A DNA stretch of 32,667 bases from Candidatus Rokuibacteriota bacterium (GTDB lineage: Bacteria; Methylomirabilota; Methylomirabilia; Rokubacteriales; DASRDR01), in assembly GCA_044866005.1 (NCBI GenBank), contig JBIOTN010000086.1, positions 1 to 32,667 on the forward strand. Direction: 5' to 3'. Below, in pieces: positions 20,255 through 29,714 of the stretch. Numbering within the stretch: position 1 is the stretch's first letter; the number at the start of each line of letters is the position of its first letter. The position numbers were made by a program, and so were the translations under genes. The notes beneath the pieces are model-generated. The model was given only the letters and a program-made list of their open reading frames with translations. It did no database searches and was not told the origin of the DNA.

Positions 20255-20384
20255 CCGCTTACCTCCGAATTCTTGGGACACGACCTGACTCTACCCAGCG
20301 TGACGCGCACCGCGCCGCCCGTTTTGCCGGCGGGCTCTCCGCACCCGAGAGCGGGGGTCCGCGCGTCGGCTCGGGCCCCGGCCG

Positions 20385-21365
20385 ATGGCTGAGCTCGAGC
20401 TCCTCGTCTCCGGCGTCGGCGAGTACCGCCTCCACGACCCGGACGCGCTGCGTGCGTGGATGCGCGACCGGAAGCGTCGCGAGTTCGTGGACAAGACCGC
20501 CACCGCGCAGGACGCCGTCAGCCGCCTGGTCGCGGACGGCGACTACGTGTCCTTCGATTTCTCCTCCTACACGCGGGGCCCGCATGTCCTGATCCGCGAG
20601 ATCATCCGCCAGCGGCGGCGGGAGCTCTGGTACTGCGCGAAGTTCACGCTGATGGAGTCCACGCTCCTCGTGGCCGCGGGGGCCTGCTCGAAGATCGACG
20701 TGGGCTTCATGGGCCTCGGCGAGACCCTCAACCGGGCGGTCGAGCGGGGCGAGGTCCGCGTCTCCGAGTGGACCAACGGAACCCTGACGCTCCGGCACCT
20801 CGCCGGCGCCATGGGAGTGCCGTTCCTGCCGACGCGGGCGCTGCTCGGCACGGACACGCTCCGCTACTCCGGGGCGAAGACGGTCACCGATCCCTTCAGC
20901 GGCAAGCCCATCGCCCTCGTGCCGGCCCTGAACCCCGACGTCGGCCTCGTCCACGTCCACCAGGCCGACGTCTACGGCAACGCCCGCTGCTTCGGCCCCG
21001 GCGTGCTCCCGCTGGAGACCGCGATGGCGTCGCGCAAGGTCATCGTGTCGACCGACGAGATCATCGACCACGACGACATCCGGAAGAACCCGGGACGGAC
21101 GACCATCCCGTATTACCTGGTGGACGCCGTCGTGTACGCGCCCTTCGGCGCCTACCCGGGCGGCCTGCCGGGCGTCTACGAGATGGACTACGAGCACTTC
21201 GGCGAGTACATGACGCTCGAGCGGGAGGGCCGCCTCGCGGACTACCTGGACAGGTACGTCTACTCCGTGGCCTCCGACGAGGCGATGCTGGAGCAGCGCG
21301 TGGGCCTGCGCCGGCTCGCGGAGCTGCGGCGCCGCGCCGTGATCAAGGAAGGGTACGCGCCGTGA
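20385..21365 (+). CDS. Family I CoA-transferase subunit A (glutaconate CoA-transferase GctA-like)
   Basis: LVADGDYV, AGAMGVPFLPTRALLGTD, VPALNPDVGLVHVHQAD.YGN, VDAVVYAPFGAYP. Confidence 0.88.
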   Translation: MAELELLVSGVGEYRLHDPDALRAWMRDRKRREFVDKTATAQDAVSRLVADGDYVSFDFSSYTRGPHVLIREIIRQRRRELWYCAKFTLMESTLLVAAGACSKIDVGFMGLGETLNRAVERGEVRVSEWTNGTLTLRHLAGAMGVPFLPTRALLGTDTLRYSGAKTVTDPFSGKPIALVPALNPDVGLVHVHQADVYGNARCFGPGVLPLETAMASRKVIVSTDEIIDHDDIRKNPGRTTIPYYLVDAVVYAPFGAYPGGLPGVYEMDYEHFGEYMTLEREGRLADYLDRYVYSVASDEAMLEQRVGLRRLAELRRRAVIKEGYAP

Positions 21366-21367
21366 GT

Positions 21368-21386
21368 CGCCGGCGACAGGACCCGC
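21368..21386 (+). repeat. 19-bp direct repeat, copy B
   Basis: Identical to 8148-8166. Confidence 0.7.
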
Positions 21387-21402
21387 CGCGGGCCGGTGAG
21401 AG

Positions 21403-22194
21403 ATGAGTACGGCGTTCACCGAGGCCGAGTTCATGATCGCGCAGTGCGCGCGGCTGCTCGAGGACCAGAAGACCGCGTTCATCGGCTTCGGCATGCCGCA
21501 GGTCGCGGCCATCCTCGCCCAGCGCATGCACGCGCCGCAGCTCGTCCAGGTCTTCGAGTTCGGCGCCATCGGGCCGATGCCGCTCACGCCGTTCGTCCGC
21601 AACACGATGGGCGGGCCGTCGAACTGCTACCGGTCGCTCGCCTGGACCAACATGAACACGGTCTTCGCCCAGGCGCAGCTCGGACTGATCGACTACGGGG
21701 TGCTCGGCGCGACCCAGATCGACCTCTACGGGAACATCAACTCCACCATGCTCGGAGAGGACTGGGCGCACCCGAAGAAGCGCTTCCCCGGCTCCGGCGG
21801 CGCCAACGAGGTCGCCTCCTACTGCTGGCGCACCATCGTGATCATGATGCACGAGCGCCGCCGCTTCGTGCCGCGCGTGGACTTCGTCACCTCGCCGGGC
21901 TACCTGGACGGCAGCCCGGGGGCGCGCGAGCGGGCCGGCTTGCCCGCGGACACGGGGCCCTGGCGGGTCGTCACCTCCAAGGCCTGCTTCGGCTTCGACG
22001 CGGAGACCAGGCAGCTCGTCCTGCTCGGGGTCCTGGACGGCCTCACCGTGGACGCGGTGGTCGCCGACCTCGAGCTCGTGCCGCTCGTCGCCGGCCGCGT
22101 CGAGACGCTGGCTCCGCCGACGTTCCGGGAGCTGGCCATCCTTCGCGAGGAGATCGATCCGGCGCGGACGATCATCGGACGGACCGCCGGGTGA
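21403..22194 (+). CDS. Family I CoA-transferase subunit B (GctB-like)
   Basis: FIGFGMP, VFEFG (catalytic Glu position), GATQIDLYGNINST, PGSGGANE, VDFVTSPG. Confidence 0.9.
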   Translation: MSTAFTEAEFMIAQCARLLEDQKTAFIGFGMPQVAAILAQRMHAPQLVQVFEFGAIGPMPLTPFVRNTMGGPSNCYRSLAWTNMNTVFAQAQLGLIDYGVLGATQIDLYGNINSTMLGEDWAHPKKRFPGSGGANEVASYCWRTIVIMMHERRRFVPRVDFVTSPGYLDGSPGARERAGLPADTGPWRVVTSKACFGFDAETRQLVLLGVLDGLTVDAVVADLELVPLVAGRVETLAPPTFRELAILREEIDPARTIIGRTAG

Positions 22195-22994
22195 CGACGG
22201 AGCCGATCCTCACCATCGAGGACGTCCACCTCGCCTTCGGGGGCGTGAAGGCGCTCCGCGGGGTCAGCCTCGAGCTCCGCCGAGGGGAGATCTTCTCGAT
22301 CATCGGCCCGAACGGGGCGGGCAAGACGGTCTGCCTCAACTGCGTCAACGGGCTCTATCGCCCGCAGCGGGGCCGGATCCGCTTCGAGGGCCGGGACCTC
22401 GAACGGCTCAAGCCCTACCAGCGCGCGGCTCTCGGGATCTCGCGGACCTTCCAGAAGATCGAGCTGTTCCGCGGCATGACCGTGCTGGACAACATCCGGC
22501 TCGGGCGCCACCTCCACATGCGCGCCGGCCTCCTCTCCGGCGCGCTCTACCTCGGCGAGGCCAGCCGCGAGGAGGTCGAGCACCGCGAGTTCATCGAGCG
22601 CGAGATCATCGACTTGCTGGAGATGACCCACCTCCGCGACCGGGTGGTGGGGATGCTCCCCTATGGCCTGCAGAAGCGGGTGGAGCTGGGCCGGGCGCTG
22701 GCCCTGGGACCCAAGGTCGTCCTCCTCGACGAGCCGATGGCCGGCCTCAATCTCGAGGAGGTGGAGGACATGGCCCGCTTCATCATCGACGTCAACGAGG
22801 AGGCGCGGTGGCGCGTGACGTGCCTCCTCGTCGAGCACGACATGGGTGTGGTCATGGACATCTCCCACCGCGTCGCCGTGCTGAACTTCGGCGAAAAGAT
22901 CGCCGAAGGGACGCCGGCCCAGATTCAGGCGGACCCGCAGGTCCATCAGGCGTACCTGGGTGAAGAGGAGGAGGTCTATACCTCGCGGCGGTAG
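22191..22994 (+). CDS. LIV-type ABC ATP-binding protein (LivG-like), cassette 1
   Basis: GTGA overlap, GPNGAGKT, RTFQ, LPYGLQKRVELGRAL, LLDEP, VEHDM. Confidence 0.93.
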   Translation: MTTEPILTIEDVHLAFGGVKALRGVSLELRRGEIFSIIGPNGAGKTVCLNCVNGLYRPQRGRIRFEGRDLERLKPYQRAALGISRTFQKIELFRGMTVLDNIRLGRHLHMRAGLLSGALYLGEASREEVEHREFIEREIIDLLEMTHLRDRVVGMLPYGLQKRVELGRALALGPKVVLLDEPMAGLNLEEVEDMARFIIDVNEEARWRVTCLLVEHDMGVVMDISHRVAVLNFGEKIAEGTPAQIQADPQVHQAYLGEEEEVYTSRR

Positions 22995-24912
22995 GCCGTC
23001 CCGGCGGATCGAGATCACGCCGGAGCTGACGATCCCGAAGCTCCTTCTGGAGACCGCGCGCCACTACGGCGACCGCAAGGTGGCCATGCGCGAGAAGGAG
23101 TTCGGCGTCTGGCGCCCGATCACCTGGCGCCAGTACCTCGACGAGGTGCGGTGGCTCGCGCTCGGGCTCGCCGCGCTCGGGCTGAGGCAGAGCGACAAGG
23201 TCGCCCTCATCGGCCACAATCGGCCGGAGGGGCTGTGGGCCGAGATGGCCACGCTGGCCGTCGGGGGGGTCGTCGTCTGGCTCTACCAGGACGCGCTGCT
23301 CGACGAGATCCAGTACATGGTGGATCACGCGGACGCCCGGTTCCTGGTCGGCGAGGGGCAGCAGGAGGTGGACAAGGGACTCGCGATCAAGCCGCGGTGC
23401 TCCAGGCTCGAGCGGATCGTCTGGGACGACCCGAAGGGGATGCGCGGCTACGATGACCCCTGCCTCACGAGCCTCGCGGAGGTGCGCCGCCTCGGGCAGG
23501 AAGCCCACGCGAAGGACCCCCAGGCGTTCGAGCGGATGGTGGCCCAGGGCCGGGCGGACGACGTCGCCCTCCTCTTCTACACGTCGGGCACGACGGCCCA
23601 GCCGAAGGGCGCGCTCCTGAGCCACCGAAACATGCTCAAGATGGGGCAGAACCTGATGGCCGTGGACCCATGCGAGGAAAGTGATGACTACGTGTCGTTC
23701 CTGCCCTTCGCTTGGATCGGCGAGCAAATGATGTCGATCTCGTGCGGGCTCATGGCGGGCTTCGCGCTCAACTTCCCCGAGGATCCGGAGACCGTCCAGC
23801 GGGACATCCGGGAGATCGCCCCGCAGGTAATGTTCTCGCCGCCGCGGATCTACGAGCAGATGGTCCGGACGGTGCAGGTGAAGGTGCTCGATGCCCCGAA
23901 GCTCAAGCGGGCCGCGCACAACTGGGCCATGCGGGTCGGGGGCAAGGTCGCGGACCGCCGATTCGCCAGAGAACCGATTCCGTGGCTGCTCCGGCTCGGG
24001 TACCGGCTGGCCGACCTGCTCGTCCTCCGGAAGCTCCGCGACCACCTCGGACTCGCGCGGATCCGCGACAGCTACACGGGCGGCGCGGCCCTCGGCCCGG
24101 ACCACCTCCGCTTCTTCCACGGGATCGGGGTCAACCTGAAGCAGATCTACGGCCAGACGGAGATCGCGGGGATCTCGGTGGTGCACCGGGACGGCGACGT
24201 CCGATACGAGACCTCGGGTCTCCCCATCCCCGAGACCGAGATGCGGATCACGCCGGACGGCGAGATCCTGTCGCGGAGTCCCTGCGTCTTCCAGGGGTAC
24301 TACAAGAACCCCGAGGCGACGGCCCAGACCCTGCGCGACGGCTGGCTCCACTCCGGCGACATCGGCTTCATCGACGAGCACGGGCACCTGGTCGTCTTCG
24401 ACCGGCGCAAGGACGTCATGACGCTGGCCGACGGGAGCCGCTTCGCCCCGCAGTACCTCGAGACGCGGCTCAAGTTCAGCCCGCACATCAAGGACGCGTG
24501 GGTTCTGGGGGACCGGCGCGCCGCCGTCATGGCCGTGATCTGCATCGACGCGGGCGTCGTCGGGAAGTGGGCCGAGGACAACCACATCCCTTACACGAGC
24601 TACCCGGAGCTGTCCCAGAAGCCGGAAGTGCAGGCCCTCGTGCGGGCGGCCGTCCTCGGCGTCAACGAGGCTCTGCCGCCGGCGGCGCGCATCCGGCGCT
24701 TCGTAAACCTCCACAAGGAGTTCGACGCGGACGACGAGGAGCTGACGCGGACGCGGAAGCTCCGGCGCGCCTTCCTCGAGGACCGGTACCAGGAAATCGT
24801 GGAAGGGCTCTACTCGGGCGCGCCGGAGATCCACCTCGAGACTACGATCACGTACGAGGACGGGCGGACCTCGCAGACCAAGCACACGCTCCGCGTCGTG
24901 GAGACCGCATGA
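22960..24912 (+). CDS. Long-chain acyl-CoA ligase-like AMP-binding protein, cassette 1 (start codon uncertain)
   Basis: YTSGTTAQPKG, YGQTE, WLHSGD, ELTRTRKLRR. Confidence 0.9.
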   Translation: MKRRRSIPRGGRPSRRIEITPELTIPKLLLETARHYGDRKVAMREKEFGVWRPITWRQYLDEVRWLALGLAALGLRQSDKVALIGHNRPEGLWAEMATLAVGGVVVWLYQDALLDEIQYMVDHADARFLVGEGQQEVDKGLAIKPRCSRLERIVWDDPKGMRGYDDPCLTSLAEVRRLGQEAHAKDPQAFERMVAQGRADDVALLFYTSGTTAQPKGALLSHRNMLKMGQNLMAVDPCEESDDYVSFLPFAWIGEQMMSISCGLMAGFALNFPEDPETVQRDIREIAPQVMFSPPRIYEQMVRTVQVKVLDAPKLKRAAHNWAMRVGGKVADRRFAREPIPWLLRLGYRLADLLVLRKLRDHLGLARIRDSYTGGAALGPDHLRFFHGIGVNLKQIYGQTEIAGISVVHRDGDVRYETSGLPIPETEMRITPDGEILSRSPCVFQGYYKNPEATAQTLRDGWLHSGDIGFIDEHGHLVVFDRRKDVMTLADGSRFAPQYLETRLKFSPHIKDAWVLGDRRAAVMAVICIDAGVVGKWAEDNHIPYTSYPELSQKPEVQALVRAAVLGVNEALPPAARIRRFVNLHKEFDADDEELTRTRKLRRAFLEDRYQEIVEGLYSGAPEIHLETTITYEDGRTSQTKHTLRVVETA

Positions 24913-25805
24913 TGGCCATCTTCATCGAGTTAGTGCTCTCGGGGGTGATGGTCGGCTCCATCTACGCGCTGGTCGCGCTGGGCTGGACGCTCATCTACAA
25001 GTGCTCCGGGGTCCTGAACCTGGCGATGGGCGAGCTGACGCTCATCGGCGCCTACGTCTGCCTGACGTACTACCAGTGGGGATTCCCCTTTCCCCTCGCG
25101 CTCCTCGCCACGCTCGTCACCGGTTTCCTCCTCGGCCTCGTGACCGAGCGGCTGTTCCTTCGTCGCATGATCGGCGAGCCGATCTTGGCGGTGATCATGA
25201 TCACTGCGGGGCTCTCGTTCTTCTTCCGGGCGCTCGTGGCCCTGACCTGGGGGACCGACACGGTGGCGTTCAGCCCGCCGGTCTTCCCCCAGGAGCCAGT
25301 CCGCTACTTCGGGATGGTTTTCGGGCAGGTCTACATCTGGAGCTTCGTCGCGTCGATCGCCCTGCTGGTCGCGTTTGTGTGGTTCTTCCAGCGGAGCCGC
25401 TGGGGGCTCTCGATGCAGGCGACCGCGGACGATGAGATGGCCGCCCTCAGCCTCGGTGTCTCGGCGAAGCGCGTCTACGCGCTCGCCTGGGCCATCGCCT
25501 TCATGGCCGCCGGCGTCGGCGGGACGCTTCTCGGGAACATCAACGGCCTGAACATCTCGGTGGGGTACCTGGGGCTCCTGGTGCTCCCCGCCGTCGTGCT
25601 CGGCGGCCTCAACTCGGTGCCCGGCGCGATCGTCGGAGGGATCGTCATCGGGGTGCTCCAGAACCTCTCCGACGGCTACATCCCGAGGCTCACGTACGGG
25701 GCCGTCACCGGCGTCAAGGAGATCGCGCCGTTCGCGTTCATGGTCATCATCCTGCTGTTCCGCCCCTACGGCCTGTGGGGCTGGGTCAAGATCGAGCGCG
25801 TATGA
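24909..25805 (+). CDS. LIV-type ABC permease (LivH-like), cassette 1
   Basis: ATGA overlap, GSIYALVALGWTLIY..SGVLNLAMGE, VVLGGL.S..GAIVGG, RPYGLWG. Confidence 0.93.
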   Translation: MMAIFIELVLSGVMVGSIYALVALGWTLIYKCSGVLNLAMGELTLIGAYVCLTYYQWGFPFPLALLATLVTGFLLGLVTERLFLRRMIGEPILAVIMITAGLSFFFRALVALTWGTDTVAFSPPVFPQEPVRYFGMVFGQVYIWSFVASIALLVAFVWFFQRSRWGLSMQATADDEMAALSLGVSAKRVYALAWAIAFMAAGVGGTLLGNINGLNISVGYLGLLVLPAVVLGGLNSVPGAIVGGIVIGVLQNLSDGYIPRLTYGAVTGVKEIAPFAFMVIILLFRPYGLWGWVKIERV

Positions 25806-25842
25806 ACCCCGGAGGGGGCCTCGACGGCTTGATGGGGATCTG

Positions 25843-26907
25843 ATGTACCTGCCCGCGGGCGTCTACCACGAGACGTACGCCGCGACCCACGCCTGGTGGC
25901 AGACGACGTTCGTCCGGGCGAAGGTGGCGCTCCTCATCGCGGTCGTCGTCACGCTTCCGCTCTGGACCAACCTCTACGTCGTCTCCGTCGCCAACATCGT
26001 CCTCTACACGATCCTCTCCGCCCTGGGGGTCCAGCTCCTGATCGGCTACTGCGGGCAGATCACCCTCGGGCACGCCGCGTTCATCGCGGTCGGCGCGTAC
26101 ACGACGGCGATGGGCGTGCTCTTCTGGGGGCTGCCCTATCCCGTCGCGGCGCTCCTGGGCTGCCTGATCGCAGGACTCTGGTCGGCGCTCTTCGGGCTGC
26201 CGTCAGCGCGGATCAAGGGCTTCTACCAGATCATGACGACCATGGCCGCCCAGTTCATCACGGTGGACTTCATCATCACGAAATACGTGAGCCGAGTCGG
26301 CGGCCGCGAGCATTACTTCTCGCTGCCGCCGGGCACCATCACCATCGCCGGGTGGCCGGTGGACAGCGAGATCAAGGTGTACTACCTGGCTGCGGGGCTC
26401 ACGGTCCTGTGCCTGGTCGCGACGGCCAACCTGCTGCGCACGCGCGTCGGGCGGGCGTGGATCGCGATTCGCGACAACGACATCGCCGCCGAGGCGATGG
26501 GCGTCAACGTCGTCTACTACAAGCTCTTGGCCTTCTTCGCGGCGGGCGTCCTCGCCGGGGCCGCGGGCGCCGTCTGGATCCCCTCGCTCCTCTTCGTGAG
26601 CCCGGAGCACTTCCAGCTCTCCTGGGGGCTCTGGCTGGTCGGGGTCATCCTGATCGGCGGGCTCGGGAGCCTCCACGGCGTGGTGTTCGGGTCGATCTTC
26701 GTCACCGTGATGCCGGAGCTCCTCCGCAACTACGCCGTGGATCCCCTCTCGCACGTGTTCCCGACGCTGGCGCAGCAGTTCCTCTACGTCAAGGAGGCCG
26801 CGTTCGGCTTGACGATCGTGCTGTTTCTGCTCTACGAGCCCCGCGGGCTCGCCTACCGGTGGCAGCAGACGAAGAACTACTTCAACCTCTGGCCCTTCGC
26901 CTACTAG
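25843..26907 (+). CDS. LIV-type ABC permease (LivM-like), cassette 1
   Basis: GYCGQITLGHAAF, GRAWIAIRDNDIAAEAMGVN, IGGLGS, EPRGL. Confidence 0.93.
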   Translation: MYLPAGVYHETYAATHAWWQTTFVRAKVALLIAVVVTLPLWTNLYVVSVANIVLYTILSALGVQLLIGYCGQITLGHAAFIAVGAYTTAMGVLFWGLPYPVAALLGCLIAGLWSALFGLPSARIKGFYQIMTTMAAQFITVDFIITKYVSRVGGREHYFSLPPGTITIAGWPVDSEIKVYYLAAGLTVLCLVATANLLRTRVGRAWIAIRDNDIAAEAMGVNVVYYKLLAFFAAGVLAGAAGAVWIPSLLFVSPEHFQLSWGLWLVGVILIGGLGSLHGVVFGSIFVTVMPELLRNYAVDPLSHVFPTLAQQFLYVKEAAFGLTIVLFLLYEPRGLAYRWQQTKNYFNLWPFAY

Positions 26908-27003
26908 CGCCGTGCCAATAACCGTCGCAGCTCTGTGTCCTCGGCAGGCCTCAACGTTTGCGGCATATGCCTCGGCCCGCCTGCTTGGGTCTCGGCCCGG
27001 CGC
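26907..27003. repeat. MITE/REP-like element, copy 3 (degenerate, internally deleted)
   Basis: Ends GCGCCGTGCCAATAACCGTCGCA / TCGGCCCGGCGC resemble the TIRs. The core TCGGCAGGCCTCAACGTTTGCGGCATATGCCTCGGCCCGCCT matches 14605-14646. Confidence 0.7.
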
Positions 27004-27034
27004 AAACCCACATCACCCTACAAGGAGGGGCGAG

Positions 27035-28282
27035 ATGAAAAGACTGGCGCTCGGGTTGCTGGCGTTGGCCATGGCCGTCCCGGCCCTGGCCGGGATCGGC
27101 CGGGCCCAGGAGGTCAAGCTGGGCTCGCTGAACGACCTGACGGGTCCCACCTCGGACGTCGGGAAGGACGTGGCCCTGGGGATCCGCGAGGCCGTGCAGT
27201 ACGTGAACGACACCGGCGGGATCAACGGGAAAAAGGTCCGGCTCTTCCTCTACGACTACGGCTACCGGGTGCCGGAGGCGATCACGACGTACAAGCGCTT
27301 CCGCGACCTGGACCGCGTGGTCGGCGTGCTCGGGTGGGGCACCGGTGACACCGAGGCGCTTTCCCCGACGGTGGGCAGGGACCGCATCCCGTACCTCTCC
27401 CACTCGTTCGCGGCGAAACTCACGGACCCGAAGACCGCCCCCTACAACTTCGTCTACGGGACGGACTACTCCTCGAACGCCCGCGCGGCGATGACGGCGT
27501 GGTTCGACGAGGTCTGGATGAAGGACCCCCGTTTCGCGGAGGCCCGGCAGAAGGGCGAGAAGCCGCGGGTCGTGATGTTCTACGCGTTCCCGGTGCCGTA
27601 CTCGAGCGCCCCCATCAAGGCGCTGAAGGACCACGCCGTGCTCCTCGGCTTCGAGGTCGGCCCGGACCAGGACGTGTCGCTGACCGCGCTCGACACCAAG
27701 AGCCAGGTGCTCGCGGCCAAGGCGTTCCGGCCGCACCTCGCCTGGCACGGGAACACGACCATGTCCGTGGCCGCGACGATCAAGGACGCGCACGCCCTCG
27801 GGTTGGGCGCGGACCACATCGTCAACAACTGGGGGTACGACGAGAACCTCGTCCGGCTCGCCGGGCCGGCCGCGGAAGGGGTGATGGGAATCGCCGTCAC
27901 CGCGTTCTACGGCCACAACGTCCCGCTCATGGACAAGGTCGTCGAGTACGCGAAGAAGGTGAATCCGGGTGTGCCGCAGGAGGCCCGGATGATCCGCACC
28001 ATCCAGGCGTGGGCCCAGGTGCTGATGATGACCGAGGGCATGCGCCGCGCCGACAAGGCGGGTAAGTTCACCGGCCCCGGGCTCAAGGAGGCGTTCGAGA
28101 CGTTCCGGAACTGGACCCCGGGCCTGGGGCTCCAGCCGGTGACGCTGACGACGACGGATCACCGGCCCGGGTCGGCGGTCCCCATCTATCGGGTCAAGGG
28201 AGGCAAGTTCGAGTTGGTGAAGAACGTGGACCTCAAGGCGCGGTGGCCGCAGCAGTGGGACGGAGAGTTCTTCGGATATTGA
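27035..28282 (+). CDS. LIV-type ABC substrate-binding protein (LivK-like)
   Basis: AAGGAGGGG SD, signal peptide MKRLALG...GRA, DLTGPTSDVG, NDTGGINGKK, GWGTGDTEAL. Confidence 0.92.
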   Translation: MKRLALGLLALAMAVPALAGIGRAQEVKLGSLNDLTGPTSDVGKDVALGIREAVQYVNDTGGINGKKVRLFLYDYGYRVPEAITTYKRFRDLDRVVGVLGWGTGDTEALSPTVGRDRIPYLSHSFAAKLTDPKTAPYNFVYGTDYSSNARAAMTAWFDEVWMKDPRFAEARQKGEKPRVVMFYAFPVPYSSAPIKALKDHAVLLGFEVGPDQDVSLTALDTKSQVLAAKAFRPHLAWHGNTTMSVAATIKDAHALGLGADHIVNNWGYDENLVRLAGPAAEGVMGIAVTAFYGHNVPLMDKVVEYAKKVNPGVPQEARMIRTIQAWAQVLMMTEGMRRADKAGKFTGPGLKEAFETFRNWTPGLGLQPVTLTTTDHRPGSAVPIYRVKGGKFELVKNVDLKARWPQQWDGEFFGY

Positions 28283-28300
28283 TCCCGGCGAGGTCGCTGG

Positions 28301-29110
28301 GTGCGGTGGCGTGACGTGCTGAAGGTCAACAACATCGAGGTCCTCTACCACGAGGTCATCCTCGCCCTGAAGGGGGTGTCGCTCGAAGTGCCTCCGCAGG
28401 GCATCGTGGCGTTGCTCGGGGCGAATGGCGCCGGCAAGAGTACCACGCTCAAGGCGATCTCCGGGCTTCTCAAGCACGAGAACGGGCGGGTGGCCGAGGG
28501 CTCCATCGAGTTTCTGGGTGAGCGGGTCGACAGGCAGTCGGCCGAGGAGATCGCCCGGATGGGGATCATCCAGGTCATCGAGGGGCGCCGCGTCTTCGAG
28601 CACCTGACCGTGGAGCAGAACCTCCGGGTCGGGGCGCATCTCCGACAGGACCGCGCCGTCGTGGCCCGAGGCCTGGAGATCGTCTACCACTACTTCCCGC
28701 GGCTCAAGGAGCGGCGCTCGGTGGCCGCGGGCTTCGTCAGCGGGGGCGAGCAGCAGATGACCGTGATCGGTCGGGCCCTCATGGCGCGGCCGAAGCTGCT
28801 CCTCCTGGACGAACCGTCCATGGGCCTCGCCCCGCTGCTCATCAGGGAGATCTTCGAGATCATCACGCGGCTCAACCAGGCCGAGGGCATTCCGATCCTA
28901 CTCGTCGAGCAGAACGCCAGGCTCGCGCTCTCGGTGGCGCGGTACGCCTACGTGCTCGAGACCGGGCGCGTAGTGATGGACGGGGAGTCCGAGAAGCTTC
29001 GCGAGAATCCCGACATCCGGGACTTCTACCTCGGACTCACCGACCTGGGCACGCGCAAGAGCTTCCGCGCCATCAAGCACTACAAGCGACGGAAACGTTG
29101 GGTGTCGTGA
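28301..29110 (+). CDS. LIV-type ABC ATP-binding protein (LivF-like)
   Basis: GANGAGKST, EGRRVF, SGGEQQM, LLDEPSMGLAP, VEQNA. GTG 28316 is an alternative start. Confidence 0.93.
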   Translation: MRWRDVLKVNNIEVLYHEVILALKGVSLEVPPQGIVALLGANGAGKSTTLKAISGLLKHENGRVAEGSIEFLGERVDRQSAEEIARMGIIQVIEGRRVFEHLTVEQNLRVGAHLRQDRAVVARGLEIVYHYFPRLKERRSVAAGFVSGGEQQMTVIGRALMARPKLLLLDEPSMGLAPLLIREIFEIITRLNQAEGIPILLVEQNARLALSVARYAYVLETGRVVMDGESEKLRENPDIRDFYLGLTDLGTRKSFRAIKHYKRRKRWVS

Positions 29111-29136
29111 ACCCTTCGGAGGGAGGAGAGACCACC

Positions 29137-29691
29137 ATGAGTCGCCTCGCAACGTATCTGGCGGCGGCCGTCCTGGCCGGGTGCGCCGGCATGCCGACCG
29201 GGGGCGGCACCGCCTCGGTCCGGCCGGAGGTAACGCTCGACCGGGTCGAGATAGCCAGCTATTTCCCGTACGCCCCGCCTCCGGCCCGGGTACCGTTGGT
29301 CCTGGCCTTCGTCTTCAGCGTCACGAACCCGAGCAACGAGACGGTCACGTTGGAGGAGCTCCGGTTCGCGTACGCCTTCGAGGCCAAGGGCCACTATTTC
29401 ACGCTCAACTCGCCGGCGGTCTACGACGCCATGCACATCCCGGCCAAGGCCACCAATACGGTGCGGGTCGTGAGCGTCCTGGACTCGGCGATCGTCCCGG
29501 CCACCCTGGCGGTGACACAGGGCTTCCGTCTGCAGGAGCTCGGCCTGAAAGGTCCGGATGTCGTCAAGGTCTGGTGGGAAGAGATCGGCGACTTCAAGTA
29601 CGGGATTCGCGTCACCGAAGGGGTGGCGAGCTTCGCCACGCCGAAGGGCCCGATGCTGGTCGCGTTCCAGGACTCCTTCCCGAAGAAGTGA
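29137..29691 (+). CDS. Hypothetical lipoprotein (beta-rich, possibly LEA_2/WHy-like)
   Basis: GGAGGAG SD, lipobox LAGC, F.VTNPSNETVTLEELRFAY strand pattern. Confidence 0.8.
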   Translation: MSRLATYLAAAVLAGCAGMPTGGGTASVRPEVTLDRVEIASYFPYAPPPARVPLVLAFVFSVTNPSNETVTLEELRFAYAFEAKGHYFTLNSPAVYDAMHIPAKATNTVRVVSVLDSAIVPATLAVTQGFRLQELGLKGPDVVKVWWEEIGDFKYGIRVTEGVASFATPKGPMLVAFQDSFPKK

Positions 29692-29714
29692 GCGAGGAGC
29701 GCCGAGGAGACGTC

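Noticed and set aside
18224..28290. Both SBP genes end with TGATCCCGGCG (18224-18234 and 28280-28290)
   Set aside because: The match is only 11 bp including the stop codon, in GC-rich DNA, and cannot be distinguished from chance.
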